Shown here in pieces: positions 19,428 through 28,916 of a stretch of DNA of 62,379 nucleotides. Position 1 is the first letter of the stretch. Each line of letters begins with the position of its first letter. The position numbers were made by a program, and so were the translations under genes. Origin of the DNA: Candidatus Micrarchaeota archaeon (GTDB lineage Archaea > Micrarchaeota > Micrarchaeia > Anstonellales > Bilamarchaeaceae); the NCBI GenBank assembly GCA_030613375.1, contig JAUWMC010000001.1:1-62379 (forward strand). The letters are read 5' to 3'. The notes beneath the pieces were generated by a model. It was not told where the DNA came from. It worked only from the letters and a program-made list of their open reading frames with translations, and did no database searches.

Positions 19428-20354
19428 TCACTCCAAACGTTCCAAATATCTGATTACACTGTCAACATACTGGTATCCTCTCTCTCTTACAACCAGTGCA
19501 TAATCCTCTGCAGTTCCCACCCGTCCTTTAATCCCAGGATCAGCGTTTCTCTCTTCAATCAGATACTTCACACCAGGAAGGAACCCTTTTTCTGCACATC
19601 TCATAAGTGCAGTTTTCCCACGGTAGGCAGCATTAACATGACCGAGAGCTTTCAACATGATCATTGCATTATCCCGCAATTCGCCCCTCTCTATTCCCGT
19701 TGCCTTTCTCCATTCTTTCACTGTTTTTGATAATTCAAGGAGCTTCTCTTTATCCGTTTTATTTTTCCACGGGTTTGTATCCTCCTTTTCTTTTTCTGCT
19801 GCATGCCATTCTCTTTCCAGTTCTCTAAGTCTGTTCTCAATGCTCCAATGGTCTGCCCATGCTGCATGCCCAGCTGCAGTCTCCCCACTATTATCCTTGA
19901 TGGTAGGGTCTGCACCCAACTCAAGCAGCCTAAATACTGCCATGGGCCAACCTACCCATGCACATAATATCAGTGCAGTTCTCCCTTTGTGGTCAACAGA
20001 ATTTACATCAGAAAGTTCATCTATCATTTTCAATATCTTTCTCTCAAACCCATGCCTTTCATTTTGCATATAGCAGTTTCTCAACTCATCAATCCGTCTT
20101 TTGAGTTCCAAGAGTATTTCCTTGTCAGTTCTCGTTTCCGCTTTCCTTGTTATCCCTTCAGGTTCAGCCTTTGCAGGCCCAACTACCTTCTCAAGAGGAG
20201 GCTTTCTTATTCCGGTCCCCGGCTTTTGATCGTGACTATGCCCAGCAGCTTTCTGTCTTTCCGCATGCCCATTGCGCAATTCCCTTTCCTTTACCTTAAC
20301 TTTCATCTGCCTTTCCCTTTTCCAAGATACCCTGCCTCTGCTTCCCTTTCCCAT
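19428..20354 (-). CDS. Ankyrin-repeat protein with duplicated module
   Basis: KGRTALILCAW...LLELGADPTIKDNSGETA and GKTALMRCAEKG...NADPGIKG. Confidence 0.85.
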   Translation of the reverse strand: MGKGSRGRVSWKRERQMKVKVKERELRNGHAERQKAAGHSHDQKPGTGIRKPPLEKVVGPAKAEPEGITRKAETRTDKEILLELKRRIDELRNCYMQNERHGFERKILKMIDELSDVNSVDHKGRTALILCAWVGWPMAVFRLLELGADPTIKDNSGETAAGHAAWADHWSIENRLRELEREWHAAEKEKEDTNPWKNKTDKEKLLELSKTVKEWRKATGIERGELRDNAMIMLKALGHVNAAYRGKTALMRCAEKGFLPGVKYLIEERNADPGIKGRVGTAEDYALVVRERGYQYVDSVIRYLERLE

Positions 20355-20436
20355 AAAAATCACAATTAGAGAGTACCTATATACAGCAATTCTTTAAAAG
20401 GGGTATTTTTTGGTATTTTGGGACAACAAGAATAAT

Positions 20437-21021
20437 CTAAGCCTCAGCTTTCTTCCCAGAAAAGAACTTCCCAACTTTGTAAAACATCCCTTCTTCAACC
20501 CACCTCTGCTCAAGCTTTTGGTAGGTTTCCGGATGTCCTTCATAGAGCCATGGTGCCCAGCGGGCTTCATCAAGCGCGGTTTCCAGCAGCATGTTTCTTG
20601 CCCTTACGCGCGCCCCATTATCAAGAAGTGCATATATCATTTTGGGCCTCATTCCATACCTCACCGCGAGCATAAGGGGAGTCATTAAGTTGCGGTCTCT
20701 TGCATTCGGGTCTGCACCATATTCCAGAAGGAGCCTCACTGTTCGTGTATATCCCTTTACTGCAGACACCATTAATGCAGTGTCCCTCCATTCTTCCCTT
20801 TTTTCATTGGGGTTCACCCCCTCTTTCTCAAGCCAGTGCTTTACTTCCACCACTTCTCCGTTCTCTGCTGCATGGAAGAATTTGGCTAACTTTTGGGGGT
20901 CACGGCACATTCTTTCAGGCTCCATTTTTGCAGATCTGCCGATCCTGCTAACCCTAAGGCTACGCCTGGTTGATACATTTCCAGGAGAAATTGTTTTTTT
21001 CTCTACCTTCCGCAGTGCCAT
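20437..21021 (-). CDS. Ankyrin-repeat protein
   Basis: AAENGEV, DTALMVSAVKGY...LLEYGADPNARD..LMTPLMLAV...LLDNGA. Confidence 0.9.
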   Translation of the reverse strand: MALRKVEKKTISPGNVSTRRSLRVSRIGRSAKMEPERMCRDPQKLAKFFHAAENGEVVEVKHWLEKEGVNPNEKREEWRDTALMVSAVKGYTRTVRLLLEYGADPNARDRNLMTPLMLAVRYGMRPKMIYALLDNGARVRARNMLLETALDEARWAPWLYEGHPETYQKLEQRWVEEGMFYKVGKFFSGKKAEA

Positions 21022-21123
21022 TGCACGGTGTTAAGAATAATAGTTATTTAAAAGGTGCCCCTTTCTGGCATTTTGGGTAACTTATTACACTCGCCTTTTT
21101 AATCCCACATTCGTTACTCATGC

Positions 21124-21966
21124 ATGCCCAAAAAAGCAAAGGTGCGCTTTGGTTCAGCCGGGATTCCTCATCAATGTAATGGCGGAAGCTTAGAAGCAAT
21201 AGAATGTTCTCATGATTTGGGATTGGGTGCAATGGAACTTGAATTTGTAAGAGGTGTAAAACTAAAAGAAGAAAATGCAAAAAAGCTCAAACCTGCTTCC
21301 GAAAAATTCGATGTCCGCCTATCCGCCCACGCACCCTATTGGGTAAACTGCTGTTCTCCAGATAAAACCAAGCAGGAAACAACCAAGCGCAACCTTTTCC
21401 AGGCAGTGCAGGCATGTGCATGGGCAGGCGCAAGGGTTGCAGTATTTCACCCCGGCTATTACCAGGGGAAAACCCCTGGTGAATGCTTCACACTCACAAA
21501 AAAGTTATTCAAACAGCTTAAAACGCACATGGGCAAGCACAACGTAAAAGGAGTAAAACTGGGTGCAGAAACCGTAGGAAAAAAATCCCAGTATGGCTCG
21601 CTGGATGAATGCATCGAACTCCATAACAAAATACCTGAAATAATGCTGGTAATAGATTTCGCTCACCTTTTAGCAAGGGGAGACTGGCCCTGCAAAACTG
21701 AATCCGATTACTCAAAACTTTTCGTACACATAGAAAAGAAAATCCCAGGTTACATGAAGGATTTTCATGCACACTTTTCCTGCATAAATTATTCTGAAAA
21801 AGGAGAGCGAAACCACCTTCCATTAGAAGGAAAAAACCCTCCTCCTTACAAACCCTTAATGAAGGTTTTAGCAGAAAATGGATATGGGGGAGTAATAATT
21901 TCAGAATCTCCGAAACTGGAAATTGATGCACTAAAGATGAAGAAGGAATATGAAAAATATCTCTGA
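21124..21966 (+). CDS. nfo: Endonuclease IV (AP endonuclease 2 family)
   Basis: LSAHAPYWVN, FHPGYY, ETVGKKSQYGS, DFAH, HAHFS, GERNH, IISESP. Confidence 0.92.
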   Translation: MPKKAKVRFGSAGIPHQCNGGSLEAIECSHDLGLGAMELEFVRGVKLKEENAKKLKPASEKFDVRLSAHAPYWVNCCSPDKTKQETTKRNLFQAVQACAWAGARVAVFHPGYYQGKTPGECFTLTKKLFKQLKTHMGKHNVKGVKLGAETVGKKSQYGSLDECIELHNKIPEIMLVIDFAHLLARGDWPCKTESDYSKLFVHIEKKIPGYMKDFHAHFSCINYSEKGERNHLPLEGKNPPPYKPLMKVLAENGYGGVIISESPKLEIDALKMKKEYEKYL

Positions 21967-22770
21967 TTATCTTTTCACTTCTACAACTTTGCCAGGGATA
22001 ACCCCTTTTTGCTGCAACCGTTTAAGCACAGCCCTTTTTTTCACATTTCCCCCACGCCCCAGGTTGTGCAATACATTATAGCCCATACTTTTTCTCAGGA
22101 CTATTTCTGCAATTTCCCTGAGCCCTTCCGCTTGTTTTTGCCTGCCCTCTGCCAGGGATGCAACTGCGTCCCGCAACAAGCAGATATCCACACCGTGTTC
22201 TATTGCCTCATCAACAATCCTAAGGCAGCGCATCCTGGTTTCTACATTAATTTCTTCATTTGAAATAACCTTGGCAAGTATCCTCAATTGCGAATCCAAC
22301 ATCACCGGTTTTTCGCACACAACTGCCTCATAGCATGCTCCCATTGCAAATGCAACCAGCTCGGGAGTAATGCAATTCTGCATATTCATCTCAAGTTTCC
22401 GGAATAAGTCCACAGCCTGCCCCGAATCTTTTTTCATTACAGAGAGAATTAGCTGGAGCATCTGAATTTTTAGGCTTAGCAGTTCCCCTTGGCTTAATCT
22501 AATTGAATATGTTTCTGAAGGATGCATGCTACTATCACACATTTTAGCAATTCTGCCAATCTCAGGGGTTTCCATCGGTTTTAACCAGTCTGTAGCCAGA
22601 AATGCCTCAGCTATTCTCCCCAGGGTTATTTGTGGAGGAATCTTTCCAGTTTTTATGTATTCTGTGCACAGATAACTGAAATATCTTATGCGTTCTCCCC
22701 TTTTTTCCGGGATAATCCCGTCAGTCTGCTCTGAAAGGGAAATAACTGGCAGCACTGTTCCTGCATTCAT
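21967..22770 (-). CDS. Hypothetical alpha-helical (HEAT-like) protein
   Basis: 267-aa ORF filling the nfo-lig gap; no recognisable family. Confidence 0.6.
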   Translation of the reverse strand: MNAGTVLPVISLSEQTDGIIPEKRGERIRYFSYLCTEYIKTGKIPPQITLGRIAEAFLATDWLKPMETPEIGRIAKMCDSSMHPSETYSIRLSQGELLSLKIQMLQLILSVMKKDSGQAVDLFRKLEMNMQNCITPELVAFAMGACYEAVVCEKPVMLDSQLRILAKVISNEEINVETRMRCLRIVDEAIEHGVDICLLRDAVASLAEGRQKQAEGLREIAEIVLRKSMGYNVLHNLGRGGNVKKRAVLKRLQQKGVIPGKVVEVKR

Positions 22771-22926
22771 TAAATGTGTTTATTTATGGAAGGATTTATA
22801 ATCAGTCTGGAAATTCAAAAGCCGTAAGCCACCAATATGTTTTTATTCTTTCCAAGCAGTCTCCAGGTTAATTTTAGGGCAGAAACACTTTATAAAAGTT
22901 GTTTTTGGTGTTTTTTTGTATTAAAA

Positions 22927-23562
22927 TTAAGCCCGAACAACTTTCTCAGCACGTACAACAGTAGGTCGCCCGGGCTTCAATTTCTCCTGTGGTCTCATAA
23001 GCCCTTGCAGGTTCCTGAGCTGAGAAATCTCCTCTTTTGCTTCTCTCCTGACAATTGCCTGTCGCATTTTCCCCCATACTTCCTTGAATTCCCCACTTGC
23101 GCCAAACACCCTCCGTATATTCAGGAAAATGGCATCCCTCATCTGCGTTGGCTTTTCATCCTTTTCCACCAGGGATGCAAGAACATCAAAAGGTTCCTCC
23201 CCACAGAATCCATGTCGTATTGCAATCATAGAAGCTGCAATGAAGAATCCAATCACATCCTTGGTAGGCTCTTTCTCAGCTTCAATGCGCATCTTGTAGA
23301 AAAGCTCACCAGTTCCGAGATTGTTCTGGAGGTATTTGTAAATAAGCTCCTGGCAGACTTCCCGCGCATGCCAGTCCCTTTCTTTTACTGCAACCTCAAA
23401 AAGCTCATTCCACACAGGAATTGAAGACAAGCCATAATTATGTGATGTTTTAAAAATAGCACCAATCGCAGCATTCTGAAGCCAGGGATTATCACCAACT
23501 AGAAACTCACGTATTTTTCCAATGTCTACAGGCGGTCGCCCAGCAGTGCCCACACTACTCAT
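22927..23562 (-). CDS. Hypothetical alpha-helical (HEAT-like) protein
   Basis: 211-aa ORF; DNPWLQNAAIGAI and DWHAREVC resemble HEAT repeats. Confidence 0.6.
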   Translation of the reverse strand: MSSVGTAGRPPVDIGKIREFLVGDNPWLQNAAIGAIFKTSHNYGLSSIPVWNELFEVAVKERDWHAREVCQELIYKYLQNNLGTGELFYKMRIEAEKEPTKDVIGFFIAASMIAIRHGFCGEEPFDVLASLVEKDEKPTQMRDAIFLNIRRVFGASGEFKEVWGKMRQAIVRREAKEEISQLRNLQGLMRPQEKLKPGRPTVVRAEKVVRA

Positions 23563-23655
23563 CTGGACAAGCTATTCTCAGCAAATGTTTTTTAAGTTAT
23601 CTCAGGTTTTTGGCACCGGGCGCGCATTTTTATTACTTATATGCATTCTACCTGC

Positions 23656-25371
23656 ATGCGTTTCAGGGAGGTTGCAGAGGCATTCAACGAAATCGAAAAG
23701 CGCAGCGGACGCCTTGAAATGACCAACCTTCTTGCAAGAATTTTCGAAAAATCAACCCCTGAAGAAGCGGAAAGAATTGCATATATAATCCAGGGAGAAC
23801 TCCGTCCCCCATACGAAGGCATTGATTTAGGAATGGGAGAAAAATTCGTGCTGGAAGCAATCCGAAAAGCCTCAGGCTACCCAAAAAGCAAGGTTGAGCA
23901 TGAATTCGAAAAAGAAGGGGATTTAGGTTTGGTTGCAGAAAAACTCCTTGGAAAAAAGAAGCAGCAGTCTCTTTTTCAGAAATCACTCAGCATACTTTCA
24001 GTTTACAATTCAATGTTCAAGATTTCCAAAGCAACAGGCACAGGTTCGCAAACCATGAAAATTAACCGTCTTGTGGAAGTATATAATAATGCAACTCCGT
24101 TGGAAGCAAAATACGTAACCAGGTTTGTGCTAGGACAGCTCCGCTTAGGAGTCGGAGACCCAACAATTCTGGATGCCCTAAGTGTTTCACATGAAGGAGA
24201 CAAATCCTGGAGGGAACCCATAGAACGTGCATACAATCTCTCCTCAGACATCGGCTATGTTGCCCGTGTTTTTTTGGAAGACCCATCTAAAATCAAGAAG
24301 TTCAAGATTGAAGTTTTCAAGCCAATCATGCCTGCGATGGCAGAGCGTCTTGCAAATCCAAAGGAAATAATTGCAAAACTTGGAAAATGCGCAGTTGAAT
24401 ACAAATATGATGGATTCCGAATTGCAATCCATAAGAAGGGAAACAGAGTTGAAATCTATTCTAGAAGATTGGAAAAAATGACCCATATGTTTCCGGATGT
24501 AGTAAAAGCAGTTCAAAAACTCAAGCCAAAAGAAGCAATATTCGAAGGGGAAGCACTCGCATATAACGAAGAGGATAAGCGTTTCTATTCATTCCAGGAA
24601 ACAATGCACCGCAGGCGCAAATACGGCCTAGACAAAGCCGCAAGCAAATACCCCTTGTACGTATTCGCATTTGATTTGCACTATTTAGATGGGGAAGACT
24701 GCACCACAAGCCCCTACCTAGAAAGAAGAAAAAAACTGGAATCATTTATCTCCCAGAAGGGAACAATCAAGCCCAGCAAAATGCGCATCGTAAAAACAGA
24801 AAAGGAAATCAATTCTCTTTTCCAGGCAGCGCTCAGCATGAAGCTTGAAGGGATAATAGCAAAGGACCTAAAAGCTCCCTACACCGCAGGAAAAAGGAAA
24901 TTCGCATGGATAAAGCTCAAGAAATCTTATGGAACGGAAATGGACACTATTGATGCAGTAATAGTAGGCTATTATCGCGGAAAAGGCGCACGTGCAAAGT
25001 TTGGATTCGGCGGAATACTCGTAGCAGTATACAATGACGACACCACCAGGTTTGAAACAATCGCAAAAGTAGGAAGTGGTTTCACTGAAGACGAGATGGC
25101 CAAATTCCAGAAAATGCTGGAAGAAGATAAGGTCAAACGCCCACCAGTTACTTTAGATTATGAAATGGAACCTGATTTCTGGGTCCACCCCAGGCACGTT
25201 GTGGAAGTTGCATACGATAACATAACCCGTTCTCCAATCCACACTTGTGGAAGGGAAAAAGGCAAAGGTTTAGCCTTAAGATTCCCGAGAATGATTAGAT
25301 TGAGGGATGACAAGGGTCCGTTCAACGCAACCACAACTAAAGAAGTAGAAGAAATGCACAAATTTTCTTAA
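23656..25371 (+). CDS. lig: ATP-dependent DNA ligase
   Basis: Motif I EYKYDGFR, EGE, FDL, EGIIAK, WIKLK, LRFPR. Confidence 0.97.
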   Translation: MRFREVAEAFNEIEKRSGRLEMTNLLARIFEKSTPEEAERIAYIIQGELRPPYEGIDLGMGEKFVLEAIRKASGYPKSKVEHEFEKEGDLGLVAEKLLGKKKQQSLFQKSLSILSVYNSMFKISKATGTGSQTMKINRLVEVYNNATPLEAKYVTRFVLGQLRLGVGDPTILDALSVSHEGDKSWREPIERAYNLSSDIGYVARVFLEDPSKIKKFKIEVFKPIMPAMAERLANPKEIIAKLGKCAVEYKYDGFRIAIHKKGNRVEIYSRRLEKMTHMFPDVVKAVQKLKPKEAIFEGEALAYNEEDKRFYSFQETMHRRRKYGLDKAASKYPLYVFAFDLHYLDGEDCTTSPYLERRKKLESFISQKGTIKPSKMRIVKTEKEINSLFQAALSMKLEGIIAKDLKAPYTAGKRKFAWIKLKKSYGTEMDTIDAVIVGYYRGKGARAKFGFGGILVAVYNDDTTRFETIAKVGSGFTEDEMAKFQKMLEEDKVKRPPVTLDYEMEPDFWVHPRHVVEVAYDNITRSPIHTCGREKGKGLALRFPRMIRLRDDKGPFNATTTKEVEEMHKFS

Positions 25372-25377
25372 TGAAAA

Positions 25378-25490
25378 TGAGGAGGGGATGCGCCGAAACG
25401 CAGAGCCCTACTTGTCGCCTGCCTCACCTCCCACTTCGACCAGAAGTGGGTCGTCGCTTTGGACCTCCAAAGCGTCTGTCGCTTGCCAAC
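25378..25490. other. GC-rich structured intergenic element (candidate ncRNA or bidirectional terminator)
   Basis: Perfect stems CCCACTTC/GAAGTGGG (25430-25450) and CGCTTTGG/CCAAAGCG (25455-25474), bracketed by direct repeat TGTCGCYTGCC. Confidence 0.45.
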
Positions 25491-25508
25491 CGATTTAATG
25501 AGCTTGAA

Positions 25509-25889
25509 TTATACGAAGTTCAGCCCCTTGATTCCTTCATATGGCTGCCGTTTTCCCGTTAGTAGCAGTGCTTTATTGGACATGCATACAGATGCAATTA
25601 CCAGCTCCCTCATCCCGAGCTTCAGGTGCTCTTCGATTGCGTGTTCGTATATTTTAGAAGCCCTCACCGCAGCTTTGCGGTCAAAGTTCATCATCTCCAT
25701 TTTTTCCACCACACCAAGGACATCCCAACGGGGAGAGCCATGTATTACCGTCAACAGCTCAAAGTAGGAAAGGGAAGTAATGCAAAGAATGTCTGCTTGC
25801 GAATACTGCCGGATTTTCTGGACCGTTTTCATCTCTCCCTTGAAAAAATCAAGGATAACGTCGGTATCCAGGCAAATCCTAATCGCCAC
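25509..25889 (-). CDS. vapC: PIN-domain VapC toxin
   Basis: ICLDTDVILD, SYFELL, IASVC...LLT. Confidence 0.85.
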   Translation of the reverse strand: MAIRICLDTDVILDFFKGEMKTVQKIRQYSQADILCITSLSYFELLTVIHGSPRWDVLGVVEKMEMMNFDRKAAVRASKIYEHAIEEHLKLGMRELVIASVCMSNKALLLTGKRQPYEGIKGLNFV

Positions 25890-26094
25890 TTCCCCACCTT
25901 TTCAGGCGATACAATGCACGCCTGTCGATATCTGTTTCTTTGAGCTTTCCTGCATGGTCAAGCAATCCTTCCCGCGTGAGTTTGCTCTCGTTAAGAAGCA
26001 TGTCTATAGCCACTGAAAAGCTCATCGCATGCCTCTTTTTCAAAGTGCTCAGACGGTTATAGACATCATCACGGATTGTTATTACCCTAACCAT
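25879..26094 (-). CDS. vapB: VapB-type antitoxin (archaeal DUF217-like)
   Basis: MVRVITIRDDVYNRL..LKK...SFS; overlaps vapC. Confidence 0.85.
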   Translation of the reverse strand: MVRVITIRDDVYNRLSTLKKRHAMSFSVAIDMLLNESKLTREGLLDHAGKLKETDIDRRALYRLKRWGSGD

Positions 26095-26122
26095 GTAAAT
26101 ACATGCAGTGCATACATTTATA
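26092..26122 (-). promoter_or_regulatory. vapBC promoter (TATA box) with palindromic putative operator
   Basis: CATGTA-aa-TACATG (26092-26105) over the start codon, ATGCA-g-TGCAT (26103-26113), and minus-strand TATAAA about 25 bp upstream of the ATG. Confidence 0.55.
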
Positions 26123-26256
26123 TTCTTTCCGACGTGCTTCTAAAAATTTGTTTATTTCGCTCTAAATTTGTGTAACTCCTCCACCGACGGGAATCTCAAA
26201 CTATTTAAACAATCGTCCCCCGGTTCTACTTCACCAATCGATAGAGGATAGATAAA

Positions 26257-27336
26257 ATGGATGAACTAGTAAAATCAGTAGTTGGAGAAAAGGCGCCAGA
26301 AACATCGGTAGACGATGATATGGATAGCTCGGAGACAATCAAGATTGTCACCGTTGGTGTAGGTGGTGCAGGAAACAACACCATCAACAGGCTTGTAAAA
26401 TCTGGAGTAAAAGGCAGCCAGCTTGTCGCAATTAACACGGATAAGCAGCACCTTAAGCAGGTACACGAGAAAGCATCAAAAGTGCTCATTGGAAGAAGCA
26501 TTACCAAGGGTCTTGGTGCAGGTGGTTACCCAGACCTCGGTGCAAAATCCGCCGAAGTTGACCGCCCGCTCATTGAAAGAGAACTTGAAGGCGCACACCT
26601 TGTATTCATCTGCGCTGGTATGGGAGGAGGAACAGGAGGCGGAGCAGCCCCTATCGTTGCACAGATTGCAAAGGAACAGGGCGCAATTACCGTAGCCATG
26701 GTTACTTACCCGTTCGCTTTGGAAAGAGCAAGGAGGAAGAAGGCAGATGAGTCTATCGCAAAACTAAGGCAGAACTGTGATTCTGTAATTATCGTAGACA
26801 ACAACCGCCTTGTGCAGTTGGTACCAAATCTTCCAATGTCCGAAGCATTTGCAGTTGCAGACGAAGTTCTTGCAAGGGCAATCAGTGGACTTGTTTGGAC
26901 AATTACTCAGCCATCACTCATCAACATTGACTTTGCAGATGTTCGTGCAATCATGCAGGGCGGAGGCGTAGGATTCATCGCAGTTGGTGAAGGAAAGGGA
27001 ACTGATAAGGTTACCAGCTCTGCAGAAGCAGTGGTGAAGAACAGGCTCCTGGATGTAGACTTTGAAGGTGCAAAGGGTGCAATCATCCACATTTCCGGTG
27101 GAAGCGACCTTTCTCTTGGAGATGCAATCAAAGCCGGTGAAATCATCACCGAAAGGATGGATGCAGAAGCCAACGTAAAGTGGGGAGCCCGCATTATGCA
27201 GAACTATGAGGGCAAGCTCGAAATCGTTGCAATTGTAACTGGGGTGAAGGGCGCATCAATCCTTGGAAGGGATTATGCAAGCGAGGAAGAATCTTCAATG
27301 CCTTCATTCTCAAGCGACCTTGAAATGCTTGGATGA
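26257..27336 (+). CDS. ftsZ: Cell division protein FtsZ (FtsZ2-like)
   Basis: [42 protein letters not shown]. Confidence 0.97.
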   Translation: MDELVKSVVGEKAPETSVDDDMDSSETIKIVTVGVGGAGNNTINRLVKSGVKGSQLVAINTDKQHLKQVHEKASKVLIGRSITKGLGAGGYPDLGAKSAEVDRPLIERELEGAHLVFICAGMGGGTGGGAAPIVAQIAKEQGAITVAMVTYPFALERARRKKADESIAKLRQNCDSVIIVDNNRLVQLVPNLPMSEAFAVADEVLARAISGLVWTITQPSLINIDFADVRAIMQGGGVGFIAVGEGKGTDKVTSSAEAVVKNRLLDVDFEGAKGAIIHISGGSDLSLGDAIKAGEIITERMDAEANVKWGARIMQNYEGKLEIVAIVTGVKGASILGRDYASEEESSMPSFSSDLEMLG

Positions 27337-27346
27337 ACGCTCCAAT

Positions 27347-27378
27347 AAAGTCCCGTTTTCTTCGGAAAACGGGCAAAC
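27347..27378 (+). repeat. Direct repeat copy 1: UUCG hairpin terminator after ftsZ
   Basis: AAAGTCCCGTTTTCTTCGGAAAACGGGCAAAC followed by a pyrimidine tract. Confidence 0.9.
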
Positions 27379-27460
27379 TCCTTTCTTTTCTATTTCCTAC
27401 TTTTTAACCACAAATAACAACATTTATAAACACTCCAGCATATAATATATATGTGGTAAA

Positions 27461-28804
27461 ATGGCTAAACTAATGTTTAAGAAAGAAGAGGGAAAGGACT
27501 CGGGTACTTCGGCTCCTAAGCAACTTAAGGTGGTCCGGGTCGTCCGAGTCGCTGTCGAAGGCCCTGCTAAGAAGGGAGCCCCTGTTCAGGTAGATCCTGT
27601 TTTGCTGGGAGAAGTCAGGAAACTTAAATTGGGCATCAATTCTAATCAAGCCCGCGCGTTCTGGCAGGGAAAGATCCGTGATTCCAAGGCCGTCCCTCCA
27701 CTCACACAGGAGGCGGCAATCGGCCTGCTACTCGAAACGAAATCAGAGGACGGCATATTCATAGGCTGGTCTCTATTGCGGCAGAACCTGAAGCACATCA
27801 TTATCCCCATGGCTAACAACCCCTCAGCAGCTAAAGTGAAGTTCCTTGTCAAGGCAGTAAAAAGCAATCCACCTATAGCCGTAGCGGCATTCAAGGCTGC
27901 AGCTGCCTCAAGGCCCATATCCGCAAAAATAATCACGATTGCGAAAGAAATGAAGGCGAAGGAGGCCGAACTCGCAAAGGACGAATATACGGCGCCTGTG
28001 CTTTCTGCCGCGGTTGAATTCCTCGAAGTTGATAATCTCATGAACGGCATCGCAAAGGGCCTAGGAGAACAGCTTGCTGCGATGGACCAGCTGTTCAGCA
28101 TGTATGCGAGCGATCATGGGAAGAGGTTCGGTTACCTGGCAGATTTCCTCATACACAGGAGAGCACGGTCCATGCGGTTTGCGATTGAAGGCAAAAAAAC
28201 AATAGATCAGGAGCATGCCATATCAGTTTTGAGGCTTTTTGAGAAACACAAGATCGTAGTAGATGGGACTAAAGAGCACGTCAGGATAGCTGTTGATGCG
28301 CTTCTGGAGAAGGGGCCGGAAGGTTGGAAAGGAGTACTAGTGAGCAAATTCTCCGAACTGGCGCCGCTCATCGCCACGAGCAACTCGCTTAACAAAGGCC
28401 ATTTCCTGGCATCCGTGGTAAAAGGCTGCGAGCCTGCACTGGTGTCACGTGCACTGGATCTGGTATTTATGTTAGAGCAAGTCCCCGCAGAGGTGGTTAA
28501 AGCGGCAATGGATGTGAAAGACGACCCCAGGGTGAAATCAATATCAATTGACTTCCTCCAAACACTCCAGCTGCTCCAGGCCCTAGAAAAGAGCGGAGAC
28601 CAACAGTTCGCTGCGGCGGAGGCCTTGGTGAAGAAAGCAAGGCTCGACAAGCCAGGGTTCAGGATGGTCCTTCACGAGCTTGGCGCAGAGATGAAGGACG
28701 TATCAATGGAACCTGCAGGACCCACTCCAGAGGAAATGCAACACCAGAAGGATTCAGCTGAGCGGGTGCTCGCCATGCTTGCTAAGGCTGGCATAGATGT
28801 TTAG
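27461..28804 (+). CDS. Orphan alpha-helical protein (447 aa) between two ftsZ genes
   Basis: Long ORF with its own TATA (TTTATAAA about 27423); apparent two-fold internal repeat; no known motif. Confidence 0.8.
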   Translation: MAKLMFKKEEGKDSGTSAPKQLKVVRVVRVAVEGPAKKGAPVQVDPVLLGEVRKLKLGINSNQARAFWQGKIRDSKAVPPLTQEAAIGLLLETKSEDGIFIGWSLLRQNLKHIIIPMANNPSAAKVKFLVKAVKSNPPIAVAAFKAAAASRPISAKIITIAKEMKAKEAELAKDEYTAPVLSAAVEFLEVDNLMNGIAKGLGEQLAAMDQLFSMYASDHGKRFGYLADFLIHRRARSMRFAIEGKKTIDQEHAISVLRLFEKHKIVVDGTKEHVRIAVDALLEKGPEGWKGVLVSKFSELAPLIATSNSLNKGHFLASVVKGCEPALVSRALDLVFMLEQVPAEVVKAAMDVKDDPRVKSISIDFLQTLQLLQALEKSGDQQFAAAEALVKKARLDKPGFRMVLHELGAEMKDVSMEPAGPTPEEMQHQKDSAERVLAMLAKAGIDV

Positions 28805-28842
28805 ATTTTTCTTCTCATAGCTGAACGCGCATGCGTTCATAA

Positions 28843-28874
28843 AAAGTCCCGTTTTCTTCGGAAAGCGGGCAAAC
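28843..28874 (+). repeat. Direct repeat copy 2: UUCG hairpin terminator after the orphan gene
   Basis: AAAGTCCCGTTTTCTTCGGAAAGCGGGCAAAC, 31/32 identical to 27347-27378. Confidence 0.9.
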
Positions 28875-28916
28875 CCTTTTATTTCTTCTTTTCTATTTCT
28901 CTAATGGTGACCATGA

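Noticed and set aside
25378..25490. 5S rRNA, SRP RNA or RNase P RNA identity for the structured element
   Set aside because: The ends do not pair as in 5S helix I, and the conserved SRP helix 8 and RNase P P4 motifs are absent.
25371..25562. 63-aa plus-strand ORF across the structured element
   Set aside because: Atypical composition and overlap with vapC; likely a by-product of the GC-rich hairpins.
27347..28874. CRISPR repeats
   Set aside because: Only two copies 1.5 kb apart, with no spacers and no cas genes.
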